NCBI GenBank assembly: GCA_963707915.1
Contig: OY970178.1
Coordinates: forward strand, 1,440,001 to 1,504,000
Direction of reading: 5' to 3'
DNA length: 64,000 bases
From: Candidatus Eiseniibacteriota bacterium
GTDB taxonomy: Bacteria > Eisenbacteria > RBG-16-71-46
Position 1 is the first letter of the stretch, and the number at the start of each line of letters is the position of its first letter. Shown in pieces: positions 41,709 through 53,739 of the stretch. The notes under the pieces were generated by a model that was not told where the DNA came from, did no database searches, and saw only the letters and a program-made list of their open reading frames with translations. The translations under genes were made by a program, and so were the position numbers.

Positions 41709-42900
41709 GTTTCCTCCGCTGCGCGGCGCACGGCCTCGACGGCCCAGCGCCACGCCTCTTCCGCCTTGCCGCCATCCAGCGCCCTGACCTGGACGAGGTC
41801 GGGCGAGCCACCGCCCTTGCCCTGGGCGCGCTCCAGCAGCCCGGGGAGCATCGCCCTCAGGTCCGCTGCCAGGCGCTTCGCCCTGCCCACCATCACGAAC
41901 GGCTCCGGCTCCGCCGCGCCGAGCGCCACCCATGGCGCCCCCGCCTCGAGCGACTTGAGCGCCAGCAGGCGCACCTCCTCGCGCGGGCGGCGGACGTCGA
42001 ACCCGGACACGCCCCGCGGCGGGACCCCCACGAGCTCGCGGGCCTCGGCCTCGATCAGCCGCTCGTTGAGGGCGGCGAGGACCTTGCGGAGGTCGTCGCG
42101 CTCCGCCGCCGCACGCTCCAGCTGGGCGATGACGTCGCGGTCCTTGAGCGTTCGCCGGCGCGCCGCCTCGACCAGCGCCTCCGTGCGCCAGGCGTAGTCG
42201 CGCAGCGCGCGGGCCCCGCACAGGAACTCGAAGCGCACGTTGCCCCGCACCCGCTCCCAGCGGACGACCTTGATGGCGCCGACCTCGCCGGTGCGCCGCA
42301 CGTGCGTGCCGCCGCAGGCCGAGGCGTCCCAGTCCTCGACCTCGACGACCCGGATGCGCCCCGCCACCGCCGGGGCCTTGCGCAGCCGGAAGCGGCCGAC
42401 GTCCGCCGGCTCCACCCAGTGGAGCGCGACCGGGCGGTCCTCCCAGACGACGCGGTTCGCCGACTCCTCGACGCGCCCGACCAGCGACCAGTCGGCCCCG
42501 CCCAGCGCCACCTCGATCACGCTGTGCTCCTCTCCCAGCGTCGAGGAGAGCGTCGGCGCGTCGGCCAGCCGCTCGAAGGCCGCCGAGAGGACGTGCTGGC
42601 CGGTGTGCTGCTGCATGTGGTCGAACCGGCGCGCCCAGTCGAGTTCCGCGTCCACCTCGCCCGCAGGCGCCTCCGCGCCCTCCAGCAGGTGCCAGATGCG
42701 GCCCTCGTCGGTGACCTGGACGTCCACGACCCGCACGCCGCCCAGCGTGCCGCGGTCGCCCAGCTGCCCGCCGCCCTCCGGGTAGAAGCAGGTCGCCTCG
42801 AGCTCCACGGCCGTGCGGCCCGCGTGCACGCCCGCGGCGGCGACGCGCGCGCGGAAGCGCGTGGCGTAGGGATCGTCGTGGTACAGCCGCTCGGATGCCA

Positions 42901-42901
<1 letters not shown>
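41705..42901 (-). CDS. AlaX-type alanyl-tRNA editing protein with C-terminal DHHA1 domain
   Basis: FYPEGGGQLGDRG, HMQQHTGQHVLS (HxxxH), CGGTH and GKGGG motifs. Confidence 0.9.
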
Positions 42902-43989
<1,088 letters not shown>

Positions 43990-44104
43990 CGACTTACCCC
44001 CGGGCGACCTAGGACCGTTTCAAAATGCCACGCCCCGCTCGGCAGGTCAAGGCCGGCGGGGCGGATCGGTCCGGGACCGGGGTCCGTCAGGCGCCACGCG
44101 CGCG

Positions 44105-44980
44105 TCAGGCGGTCCCGCCCCCGCTCTTCCCGGGGTCCTGCGGTGGCGGCCCGACCAGCTTCAGGGGCGGATGTCCGGTCGCCGCGGCGTGCCACGGGCC
44201 GCCCAGGGTGCCCGAAGCGCGGAACGGGCCGGACTCCTCCATTCGCGGCTCCTCGGTCTCGATCAGCCGCAGGTAGAAGAAGGTCCACGCGTACTGGAAG
44301 ATGGGGAACAGGGCGATCAGGGCCAGCGAGAAGCCGGCCACCACCATCTCGAGCGAGGGCGGGTCGTGGGGGATGGCGTAGATCAGCGCGGCGATGAACC
44401 AGACCCCGAGCACCAGCAGCACCGAGCCCACCACCATCTCGAGCCAGCGCTCGAATCGGCCCCGGCTGAGGTGAAAGGAGTGCCGGAACGCGCCCACCAG
44501 GTTCCGGTCGTCGAGCACCACCGCCTCGGTCGCGAAGGCCAGCTTGTAGCCGAGGTAGAGCCCGGGCACGAAGAGCATGGGGAACGCGACGAACAGCGCG
44601 ACGTTCCTCACGAACTCGGTCACGTAGAGCCAGGGCAGCCGGCGCAGGCCGCGCTCGTAGCACTCGAGCGCCGGCGCGGGCGGGGTGCCGTGCGGGGTGC
44701 TGTAGACCGAGCGCGCGCGGATGCGCAGCATGGCGTCCACGGCCCACGAGGTGATGGAGCCCCCCAGCGTCGCGATGCTCCACACCAGCACGACGCTGAG
44801 CCTCGGGCGGGCGGAGGCGCTCGGGGTCGAGAGCAGGGCGGCCGCGAGGATCCACGGCGCGCGCAGCAGGAACGGCACGACCAGGGAGTGGAGCGGGTCG
44901 CGCAGCAACGTCAGGTCGAGCGCCAGCGCGAAGGCGTGGCGCGTCGAGATCGGGCGGCGAAGAGCGCGGTCGAGTGGCAT
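44105..44980 (-). CDS. Hypothetical integral membrane protein
   Basis: Several hydrophobic helices; LFVPGLYLGYKLAF…AFRHSFHLSRGRF pattern; host-like codon usage. Confidence 0.7.
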   Translation of the reverse strand: MPLDRALRRPISTRHAFALALDLTLLRDPLHSLVVPFLLRAPWILAAALLSTPSASARPRLSVVLVWSIATLGGSITSWAVDAMLRIRARSVYSTPHGTPPAPALECYERGLRRLPWLYVTEFVRNVALFVAFPMLFVPGLYLGYKLAFATEAVVLDDRNLVGAFRHSFHLSRGRFERWLEMVVGSVLLVLGVWFIAALIYAIPHDPPSLEMVVAGFSLALIALFPIFQYAWTFFYLRLIETEEPRMEESGPFRASGTLGGPWHAAATGHPPLKLVGPPPQDPGKSGGGTA

Positions 44981-44996
44981 GGAGGAGTCGGTAGGA

Positions 44997-45028
44997 TTGA
45001 CACTACGGAGTGGTCTACCTAGTGTCAA
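44997..45028. promoter_or_regulatory. Symmetric bidirectional sigma70-type promoter or palindromic operator
   Basis: TTGACACTA-N14-TAGTGTCAA reads TTGACA-N17-TAGTGT on both strands, between divergent genes. Confidence 0.7.
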
Positions 45029-45033
45029 GCTGC

Positions 45034-45513
45034 ATGGCTCGCAGACTCTCGCATCTGGACGCCTCGGGGCGGGCGCGCATGGTGGACGTGAGCGGCAAGC
45101 GCGTCACCCTGCGCGAGGCGGTCGCGCGCGGCAAGGTGTTCATGCACCGCGAGACGCTCGCGTTGCTGCGCTCGGGCCAGGCGCCCAAGGGCGACGTCAT
45201 CGCCACCGCCCACCTCGCGGGCGTCATGGCCGCCAAGCGCACCAGCGAGCTGATCCCGCTCGCCCACGTCCTCGCCCTCGACAGCGTCGAGGTGGCCTTC
45301 CGCATCGACGAGGACAGCCCGGCGGTGGAGATCGAGTCGCGGGTCCGCACCCGCGGCCGCACCGGCGTCGAGATGGAGGCGCTCACCGCGGTCACGGTGG
45401 CCGCGCTGGCGCTCTACGACATGCTCAAGGCGGTGGACCGCGGCATGGTGATGGGCGAGTTCGCGCTCTGGGAGAAGCGCGGGGGACGCAGTGGCGCCTT
45501 TCGCCGGCGCTGA
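45034..45513 (+). CDS. moaC: Cyclic pyranopterin monophosphate synthase
   Basis: LSHLD…[36 protein letters not shown] and KRGGRSG motifs. Confidence 0.95.
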   Translation: MARRLSHLDASGRARMVDVSGKRVTLREAVARGKVFMHRETLALLRSGQAPKGDVIATAHLAGVMAAKRTSELIPLAHVLALDSVEVAFRIDEDSPAVEIESRVRTRGRTGVEMEALTAVTVAALALYDMLKAVDRGMVMGEFALWEKRGGRSGAFRRR

Positions 45514-45561
45514 GGCCCCGGCGGCGAGCCACCTCCCTCCCGTCCCCGGGCCCGCGACCCG

Positions 45562-46806
45562 ATGAGCGATCCCCGCTCCCTCTCCTACGCCGAGGCGCGC
45601 GCGCGAATCCTCGGCGCCGTGCGTCCCGGGGCGGTCGAGCGCGTGGGCCTGGCGGCGGCGCGCGGGCGGGCCCTGCGCGAGACGCTCACGGCACCGCACC
45701 CGCTCCCGCCCTTCGACAACTCCTCGATGGACGGCTGGGCGGTGCGCTCGGCCGACCTGGCGGGCGCCACGGCGGCCGCCCCGGTCACGCTCGCGGTGGT
45801 CGAGGGCCTCGCCGCCGGGCACGCCCCCTCCCGCTCGCTGGCCCCGGGCGAGGCCATGCGCATCATGACGGGCGCGATGATGCCGGCGGGCGCCGACGCG
45901 GTGGTCCCCTTCGAGGAGGCCGAGGCGCTCGATGCGCCGGCCCGGGTCCGGGCCGGATCGCCGGTGGCCCCGGGCGACTCCGTCCGGCCCGCGGCCGCCG
46001 ACCTGGCCGCCGGCGCGACCGCGCTCGTCGCGGGCCGCGAGCTGTCCGCGCACGACCTCGCGCTGCTCGCCGCGCTCGGGCTCACGCAGGTCGCGGTCGG
46101 AGCGCGGCCCGCGGTGGCCATCCTCTCGACCGGCGACGAGCTGGTGGAGCCCCACGAGCCGCTGCGGCCGGGGACGATCCACGAGAGCAACACCACGTTG
46201 CTGGCGGCCCTGCTGGAGGAGTGCGGCTGCGCGGTCGTCTCTCGTCGCCGTCTGCCCGACGACGTCGCCGAGGTGACGTCCGCCATTCGCGGGGCGCTGG
46301 GGACCGCGGACGTGGTGATCACCAGCGGCGGCGTCTCGGCCGGGGACCACGACCCGGTGAAGCTCGGCCTGGACGCGATCGGGGACGTCGAGCTGTGGCG
46401 GGTCGCGATGCGGCCGGGCAAGCCGCAGGCGTTCGGCACGCCGGGCGGCAGGTTGCTCTTCGGGCTGCCCGGCAATCCCGGCTCGGTGGCGTGCGTCTTC
46501 GAGACCCTGGTGAGGCCCGCGCTGCGGAAGCTCCAGGGCTTCGCCGGGCTCGAGCGTCCCTGGCTCGACGTGCGCGCCGAGGTGTCGTTCCGCTCGCAGA
46601 CCGGGCGCCGGGACTTCCTGCGGGCCCGGCTCGCGCAGCACGACGGCGGATGGTGGGCGGTCCCCGCAGGCCCGCAGGTCTCCGGCTACCTCACGCCGCA
46701 GTCGCGTGCCCACGCGCTGCTGGTCGTGCCCGAGGCGGCGGCGAGCCTCGAGCCGGGCGACGCGGCGCGGGCGATGCTCCTGCGCTGGCCCGGGCCGGCC
46801 TCCTAG
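45562..46806 (+). CDS. moeA: Molybdopterin molybdenumtransferase
   Basis: PPFDNSSMDGWA, IMTGA, STGDEL, SGGVSAGDHD, MRPGKP and GLPGNP motifs. Confidence 0.95.
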   Translation: MSDPRSLSYAEARARILGAVRPGAVERVGLAAARGRALRETLTAPHPLPPFDNSSMDGWAVRSADLAGATAAAPVTLAVVEGLAAGHAPSRSLAPGEAMRIMTGAMMPAGADAVVPFEEAEALDAPARVRAGSPVAPGDSVRPAAADLAAGATALVAGRELSAHDLALLAALGLTQVAVGARPAVAILSTGDELVEPHEPLRPGTIHESNTTLLAALLEECGCAVVSRRRLPDDVAEVTSAIRGALGTADVVITSGGVSAGDHDPVKLGLDAIGDVELWRVAMRPGKPQAFGTPGGRLLFGLPGNPGSVACVFETLVRPALRKLQGFAGLERPWLDVRAEVSFRSQTGRRDFLRARLAQHDGGWWAVPAGPQVSGYLTPQSRAHALLVVPEAAASLEPGDAARAMLLRWPGPAS

Positions 46807-46872
46807 GAGCGCGGCGACGCCCGGTCGCGGGACGGCGCGGGGGCGCGGCGGGCGCGGGGCCCGGCGCGGGAG

Positions 46873-48335
46873 CTACAGCAGCCCGAGCACCGAGCGCTGC
46901 GCCAGCGCGAGCAGGCCGCCGGCCTGCACGCCCCACCACAGCGTGAGCGCCAGCGCCAGGGCGATCGTCACGGCCGCGGGCGCGGCCCAGGCGACCTCGG
47001 TGGGCTCGCCCTGGGGCTCCTGCATGTACAGCGCGACGGTCACGCGCAGGTAGTAGTAGACCGACACCACGCTGTTCAGCACGCCCACGATGACCAGCGG
47101 CACGAGCCCCGCCTTGAGCGCGGTGGCGAACACGGTGACCTTGCCGATGAACCCGGCCGTGGGCGGGATGCCGCCGAGCGAGACCATGAACACGGCCAGC
47201 GCCAGCCCGACGAACGGGCGGCGGAAGCCGAGACCCTTCAGGTCGGCCATCAGCACGCGCTCCTGCAGCCCGCGGCCGAGGATCGTGAGCACGCCGAACG
47301 CGCCCAGGTTCATGACCGAGTAGACCGCCAGGTAGAAGAGCGCCGCCGACGCCCCGTCGGGCCCGCCCGCCGCCACGGCCACCAGCAGGTAGCCGGCGTG
47401 GGCGATGCTCGAGTAGGCCAGCATGCGCTTGAGGTTGTTCTGGAACAGCGCGGTGACGTTGCCCACCGTCATGGTGAGCATCGCCACGGCGCCCAGCACC
47501 GGGACCCACTCCGCCGGGAAGCCGCCCAGCGCGCGCAGGCCGAAGCGCAGCAGCGCGGCGAAGGCGGCGGCCTTGGCCCCCACCGACATGAAGGCCGTGA
47601 CCGAGGTGGGCGCGCCCTCGTAGGCGTCGGGCGTCCACATGTGGAAGGGCACCGCCGCCACCTTGAAGAGGAAGCCGACCAGCACCAGCAGCCCGCCGGT
47701 GAGCAGCAGGGGGTTCGGGCGCAGCGGCGAGGCGGCGAGGAACGCGGCCATCCCGGCGAGATTGGTGGTGCCGGTGGCGCCGTAGAGCAGCGCGATGCCG
47801 TAGAGCAGGAAGCCGCTCGCGAACGCGCCGAGCAGGAAGTACTTGAGCGCGGCCTCGTTCGATTCGAGCAGGTTGCGCCGGAATCCCACCAGCACGTAGA
47901 GCGCGAGCGACATGAGCTCGAGCCCCAGGAAGACGGCGATGAGGTCGTTCGCGGCGGCCATCAGGACCATGCCGAGGGTGGCGCACAGCAGCAGCGCGTA
48001 GTACTCGGCGTGGTTGATGCGCGTGCGCTTCACGTAGTCCCAGGACAGCAGCACGGCCGCCGCCCCGCTCGCGCAGAGCAGCAGCGTGAAGAACACGGTG
48101 AAGCCGTCGTGCACGAACATGCCGCCGAACAGCGTGCGCCGCGCGTCGCGCGCCACGGTCACGGCCAGGCCGGAGGCGGCGAGCGCGACCAGCGACACCA
48201 CCGCCGCACGGCTGGAGCCGGCCTTCGCCGGCAGGAACTCCAGCAGCAGGAGCAGCATGGCGCCCGCGCTCAGGGCCAGCACGGCGCCCAGCGCCCACCA
48301 GTCCACCGGCAGCAGGAACGGCGCGGGCAGGACGC

Positions 48336-48339
<4 letters not shown>
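46873..48339 (-). CDS. nuoN: NADH-quinone oxidoreductase subunit N
   Basis: EAALKYFLLG, FKVAAVPFHMWTPDAYEGAP and KRMLAYSSIAHAGY motifs. Confidence 0.95.
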
Positions 48340-49889
<1,550 letters not shown>

Positions 49890-49892
49890 GGG

Positions 49893-51821
49893 CTAGGGCC
49901 TCAGGAAATGGAAGAGCAGGGCGACCACGCCCAGCGTGAAGAGCAGCGCGTAGGTGCCGACGAAGCCGGTCTGGAAGAGCCGCAGCACGGCGGAGACGCC
50001 CTCCAGCGTGGCGCCGACGCCGTTGACGATGCCGTCCACGACCCGGGTGTCCCAGAAGCGCCAGAACGCCTGGGCCGAGCGGTAGACGGGCCCCACCGCG
50101 GCGGACTCGTAGAGCTCGTCCACCCAGTACTTGTTCAGGAGGGCGCGGTGCACACCGGCCAGGCGCTCGCGCAGCCGCGTCGCGGTCTGGGGGCTCCACA
50201 GGTAGGCGCGGAACGCGAAGGCGATGCCCGCCGCGGCGACCAGCACGGACAGCACGATGAGCAGCCACTCGGTGGCCACCGGCACCTCGTGGGCCACGGC
50301 GTGGCCGCCCCCGTGGGCGCCCGGGGCGAACACCGGCGCGAGCCAGCGCGCGAACGGGTGGCCCCCCTCCACCAGCGGCGGACCCACCAGGCCGCCCACC
50401 AGCGAGAGCACCGCCAGCACGAACAGCGGCACGATCATCGCGGGCGGCGACTCGTGCAGGTGGTGCTCGGCCTCGCGCGTCAGCCGCGAGCGGCCACGGA
50501 AGGTCAGCAGGTAGAGGCGGAACATGTAGAACGCGGTGAGCACCGCGCCCCCCAGGCCCATGACCCAGATCACGGTGTGCCCGCTGAAGAAGGCGCTCGC
50601 GAGGATCTCGTCCTTGCTGAAGAACCCGGCGAAGGGCGGGATGCCGGCGATCGCGAGGGTGGCCGTCAGCATGGTGGCGTGGGTCCACGGCAGCCGCGAT
50701 GCGAGCCCGCCCATGCGCCGCATGTCCTGCTCGTCCGACATGGCGTGGATCACCGATCCCGCGCCGAGGAACAGCAGCGCCTTGAAGAAGGCGTGCGTCA
50801 TCAGGTGGAAGATGCCGGCGGTGAACGCGCCCACGCCGCACGCCATGAACATGTAGCCCAGCTGGCTCACGGTCGAGTAGGCGAGCACGCGCTTGATGTC
50901 GTTCTGCGCGAGCCCGATGGTCGCGGCGAACAGCGCGGTGGCGGCGCCCACCCAGGCCACGACCTCGAGCGAGACGGGCGCGAGCTGGAACAGCACGTGC
51001 GTGCGGGCCACCATGTAGACGCCGGCCGTCACCATGGTGGCGGCATGGATGAGCGCGGAGACCGGGGTCGGGCCCTCCATCGCGTCGGGCAGCCAGACGT
51101 ACAGCGGCAACTGCGCGCTCTTGCCGGTCGCGCCGAGGAAGAGCAGCAGGGTCGCGGCGGTGATGACCGCGCCGCCCGCGACGAACAGTTGCGGCGCGAC
51201 CTCGAACATGCGCTGGTACTGGAGCGTCCCGGTCACCGCGAACAGCGTGAACATGCCGAGCAGGAAGCCGAAGTCGCCGATGCGGTTGACGATGAAGGCC
51301 TTCTTCCCCGCCGCCGCCGCCGCGGGCCGCGTGTACCAGAATCCGATGAGCAGGTACGAGCACAGGCCGACGCCCTCCCAGCCCACGAACATGAGCAGGA
51401 AGTTGTCCGCCAGCACCAGGGTCAGCATCGCGAACATGAACAGGTTCAGATAGAGGAAGAAACGCCGGACGTCGGGCTCGTGCGCCATGTAGCCGGTGGA
51501 GTAGACGTGGATCAGGAAGCCCACGCCGGTCACCACCAGGATCATCACCGCCGAGAGCGGGTCGAGCAGGAACGACACGTCCACCGAGAGGTCGCCGACC
51601 CGCATCCAGGTGTAGACGCTCTCGACGATGGCGCGCTGCGCCTCGGGGAGCGCCGCGAGCCGGAGCACCGAGAGCAGCGACACGGCGAACGAGAGCCCCA
51701 CGGCGCCGCAGGCCAGCCAGCCCACGCCCCGGCGGCCGAGCCGGTCGCCGAGCAGCAGGTTCACCAGCACCGCCGCGAGCGGCAGCGCCGGAATCAGCCA
51801 GAGGGGCAGAGCCATGTCCAT
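49893..51821 (-). CDS. nuoL: NADH-quinone oxidoreductase subunit L
   Basis: GWEGVGLCSYLLIGFW and GKSAQLPLYVWLPDAMEGPTPVSALIHAATMV motifs. Confidence 0.95.
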   Translation of the reverse strand: MDMALPLWLIPALPLAAVLVNLLLGDRLGRRGVGWLACGAVGLSFAVSLLSVLRLAALPEAQRAIVESVYTWMRVGDLSVDVSFLLDPLSAVMILVVTGVGFLIHVYSTGYMAHEPDVRRFFLYLNLFMFAMLTLVLADNFLLMFVGWEGVGLCSYLLIGFWYTRPAAAAAGKKAFIVNRIGDFGFLLGMFTLFAVTGTLQYQRMFEVAPQLFVAGGAVITAATLLLFLGATGKSAQLPLYVWLPDAMEGPTPVSALIHAATMVTAGVYMVARTHVLFQLAPVSLEVVAWVGAATALFAATIGLAQNDIKRVLAYSTVSQLGYMFMACGVGAFTAGIFHLMTHAFFKALLFLGAGSVIHAMSDEQDMRRMGGLASRLPWTHATMLTATLAIAGIPPFAGFFSKDEILASAFFSGHTVIWVMGLGGAVLTAFYMFRLYLLTFRGRSRLTREAEHHLHESPPAMIVPLFVLAVLSLVGGLVGPPLVEGGHPFARWLAPVFAPGAHGGGHAVAHEVPVATEWLLIVLSVLVAAAGIAFAFRAYLWSPQTATRLRERLAGVHRALLNKYWVDELYESAAVGPVYRSAQAFWRFWDTRVVDGIVNGVGATLEGVSAVLRLFQTGFVGTYALLFTLGVVALLFHFLRP

Positions 51822-51830
51822 CGCGCCGGC

Positions 51831-52133
51831 CTAGCCTTTCAGCAGGTTGATCTCGTCCACGAACACGGTCTCCCGCAGACGGAACAGGTTCACGATGATG
51901 GCCAGGCCCACCGCCACCTCGGCGGCCGCCACGGTCATGACGAAGAAGACGAACACCTGCCCGTCGAGCGAGTTCAGGTGACGCGCGAAGGCCACGAACG
52001 CGAGGTTCGAGGCGTTCAGCATCAGCTCGATGGACATGAAGATGACGATCGCGTTGCGCCGCACCAGCACGCCCACGACGCCGATGCAGAACAGCACGGC
52101 GCTGAGCAGGAGCAGCCACGAGAGCGGGATCAT
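51831..52133 (-). CDS. nuoK: NADH-quinone oxidoreductase subunit K
   Basis: MSIELMLNA and [12 protein letters not shown] motifs. Confidence 0.95.
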   Translation of the reverse strand: MIPLSWLLLLSAVLFCIGVVGVLVRRNAIVIFMSIELMLNASNLAFVAFARHLNSLDGQVFVFFVMTVAAAEVAVGLAIIVNLFRLRETVFVDEINLLKG

Positions 52134-52708
52134 GCGTCCTCCCCGGCGGCCGGGGATTCCGGGTCCGGCGCGGCCTGCGCGGGCGGCGCCGGCGCCGCCG
52201 CGCGCAGGCCGCGGGCGACGACGATCACGCCGATCATCGCGACCAGCAGGATGACCGAGGTGATCTCGAACGGGAACAGGTAGCGCGAGTAGAGCAACTG
52301 GCCCACCTGCTGCGTGTTGCCGGCGACCGCGGCGCCCTCCGGCGGGGGCGGCGTGACCGGTCCGAGGGCCAGCCGCCCGGTGAGCAGCAGCACGCCCTCG
52401 GTCACCAGCGCCGCGCCCAGCAGCCAGCCGAGCCCGCGCCGCAGCACGAGGGTCACGCCGCTCTCGACGTCGTGGCCCAGGTTCAGGTACATGATGACGA
52501 ACAGGAACAGCACCATGATGGCGCCGGCGTAGACCACGACCTGCACCAGGCCGATGAACTCGGCGTGGAGCAGCAGGTAGATGGCGGCCAGCGAGCAGAA
52601 GGCCAGCACCAGGAAGAGCGCGCTGGTCAGCGGGTTGCGGTGCAGGATGACGAGCAGGCTCGAGACCACCAGGATGGCCGCGAACGCCACGAACAGGACG
52701 GTGATCAT
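52130..52708 (-). CDS. nuoJ: NADH-quinone oxidoreductase subunit J
   Basis: [18 protein letters not shown] and YLFPFEITS motifs; ATGA overlap with the nuoH stop. Confidence 0.93.
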   Translation of the reverse strand: MITVLFVAFAAILVVSSLLVILHRNPLTSALFLVLAFCSLAAIYLLLHAEFIGLVQVVVYAGAIMVLFLFVIMYLNLGHDVESGVTLVLRRGLGWLLGAALVTEGVLLLTGRLALGPVTPPPPEGAAVAGNTQQVGQLLYSRYLFPFEITSVILLVAMIGVIVVARGLRAAAPAPPAQAAPDPESPAAGEDA

Positions 52709-53739
52709 CGGTTGCCCACCCAGTAGGCGACCGCCCCGGTCGCCAGCACGTTCAGCAGCGCGATCGGGAGCAGCACCTTCCACCCGAAGGCCATGAGCTG
52801 GTCGTAGCGCAGGCGCGGGAACGTCCAGCGCACCCACATGAAGAGGAAGATCAGCGCGAAGAGCTTGCCGAAGAACCAGAGGAACTGGAGCGATTCGGGC
52901 AGCCACGGCCCGTTCCAGCCGCCGAGGAAGAGCGTCACCGTGATCGAGGAGATGGTGAGCATGTTCATGTACTCGCCCAGGAAGAACATCGCCCACTTCA
53001 TGCTCGAGTACTCGGTGTGGAAGCCGCCCACCAGCTCGGACTCCCCTTCGGGCAGGTCGAAGGGCGCGCGGTTGGTCTCGGCGAAGGCGCACACCAGGAA
53101 GACCACGAACGCCACCGGCTGGGTGAACACGAACCAGCGCGGCAGCGACAGCGGCCCGAGCGCGAAGGCGCCGCTCTGGGCGTGCACGATGTCCACCAGC
53201 GAGAGCGAGCCGGCCAGCAGGACCACGCCGATGGTCGAGAGCCCGAGCGCCAGCTCGTAGGAGACCATCTGCGCCGACGAGCGCAGGCCGCCGAGCAGGG
53301 CGTACTTGTTGTTCGAGGACCAGCCCGCCAGCGCCAGCGCGTAGACGCCCAGGCTCGACATGGCGAGGAACACCAGCAGGCCCACGTTCACGTCGGTGAC
53401 GATGAAGTTGGGCCCGATCGGCACCACCGCGAAGGAGGTGAGCGCCGGCGTGACCGCCAGGATCGGAGCGACGTGGAAGAGGATCTTGTTCGCGTTCGCC
53501 GGGATGAACTCCTCCTTGAGGAAGAGCTTGAGGATGTCGGCGAACGGCTGGAACAGCCCCCACGGGCCCACCAGGTTCGGGCCGGGCCGCGACTGGATGT
53601 GGCCGGCGACCTTGCGCTCGAAGTAGGTCAGGTAGGCGACGATCCCGAGCATGACCATCAGGATGACGACGATCTTGACGAGCCCCCAGAAGCAGACCTG
53701 GACCGTGGGATCCTGGAAGAAGGCGGTCAGCACGTTCAC
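52705..53739 (-). CDS. nuoH: NADH-quinone oxidoreductase subunit H
   Basis: [35 protein letters not shown] and PRLRYDQLM motifs. Confidence 0.95.
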   Translation of the reverse strand: MNVLTAFFQDPTVQVCFWGLVKIVVILMVMLGIVAYLTYFERKVAGHIQSRPGPNLVGPWGLFQPFADILKLFLKEEFIPANANKILFHVAPILAVTPALTSFAVVPIGPNFIVTDVNVGLLVFLAMSSLGVYALALAGWSSNNKYALLGGLRSSAQMVSYELALGLSTIGVVLLAGSLSLVDIVHAQSGAFALGPLSLPRWFVFTQPVAFVVFLVCAFAETNRAPFDLPEGESELVGGFHTEYSSMKWAMFFLGEYMNMLTISSITVTLFLGGWNGPWLPESLQFLWFFGKLFALIFLFMWVRWTFPRLRYDQLMAFGWKVLLPIALLNVLATGAVAYWVGNR

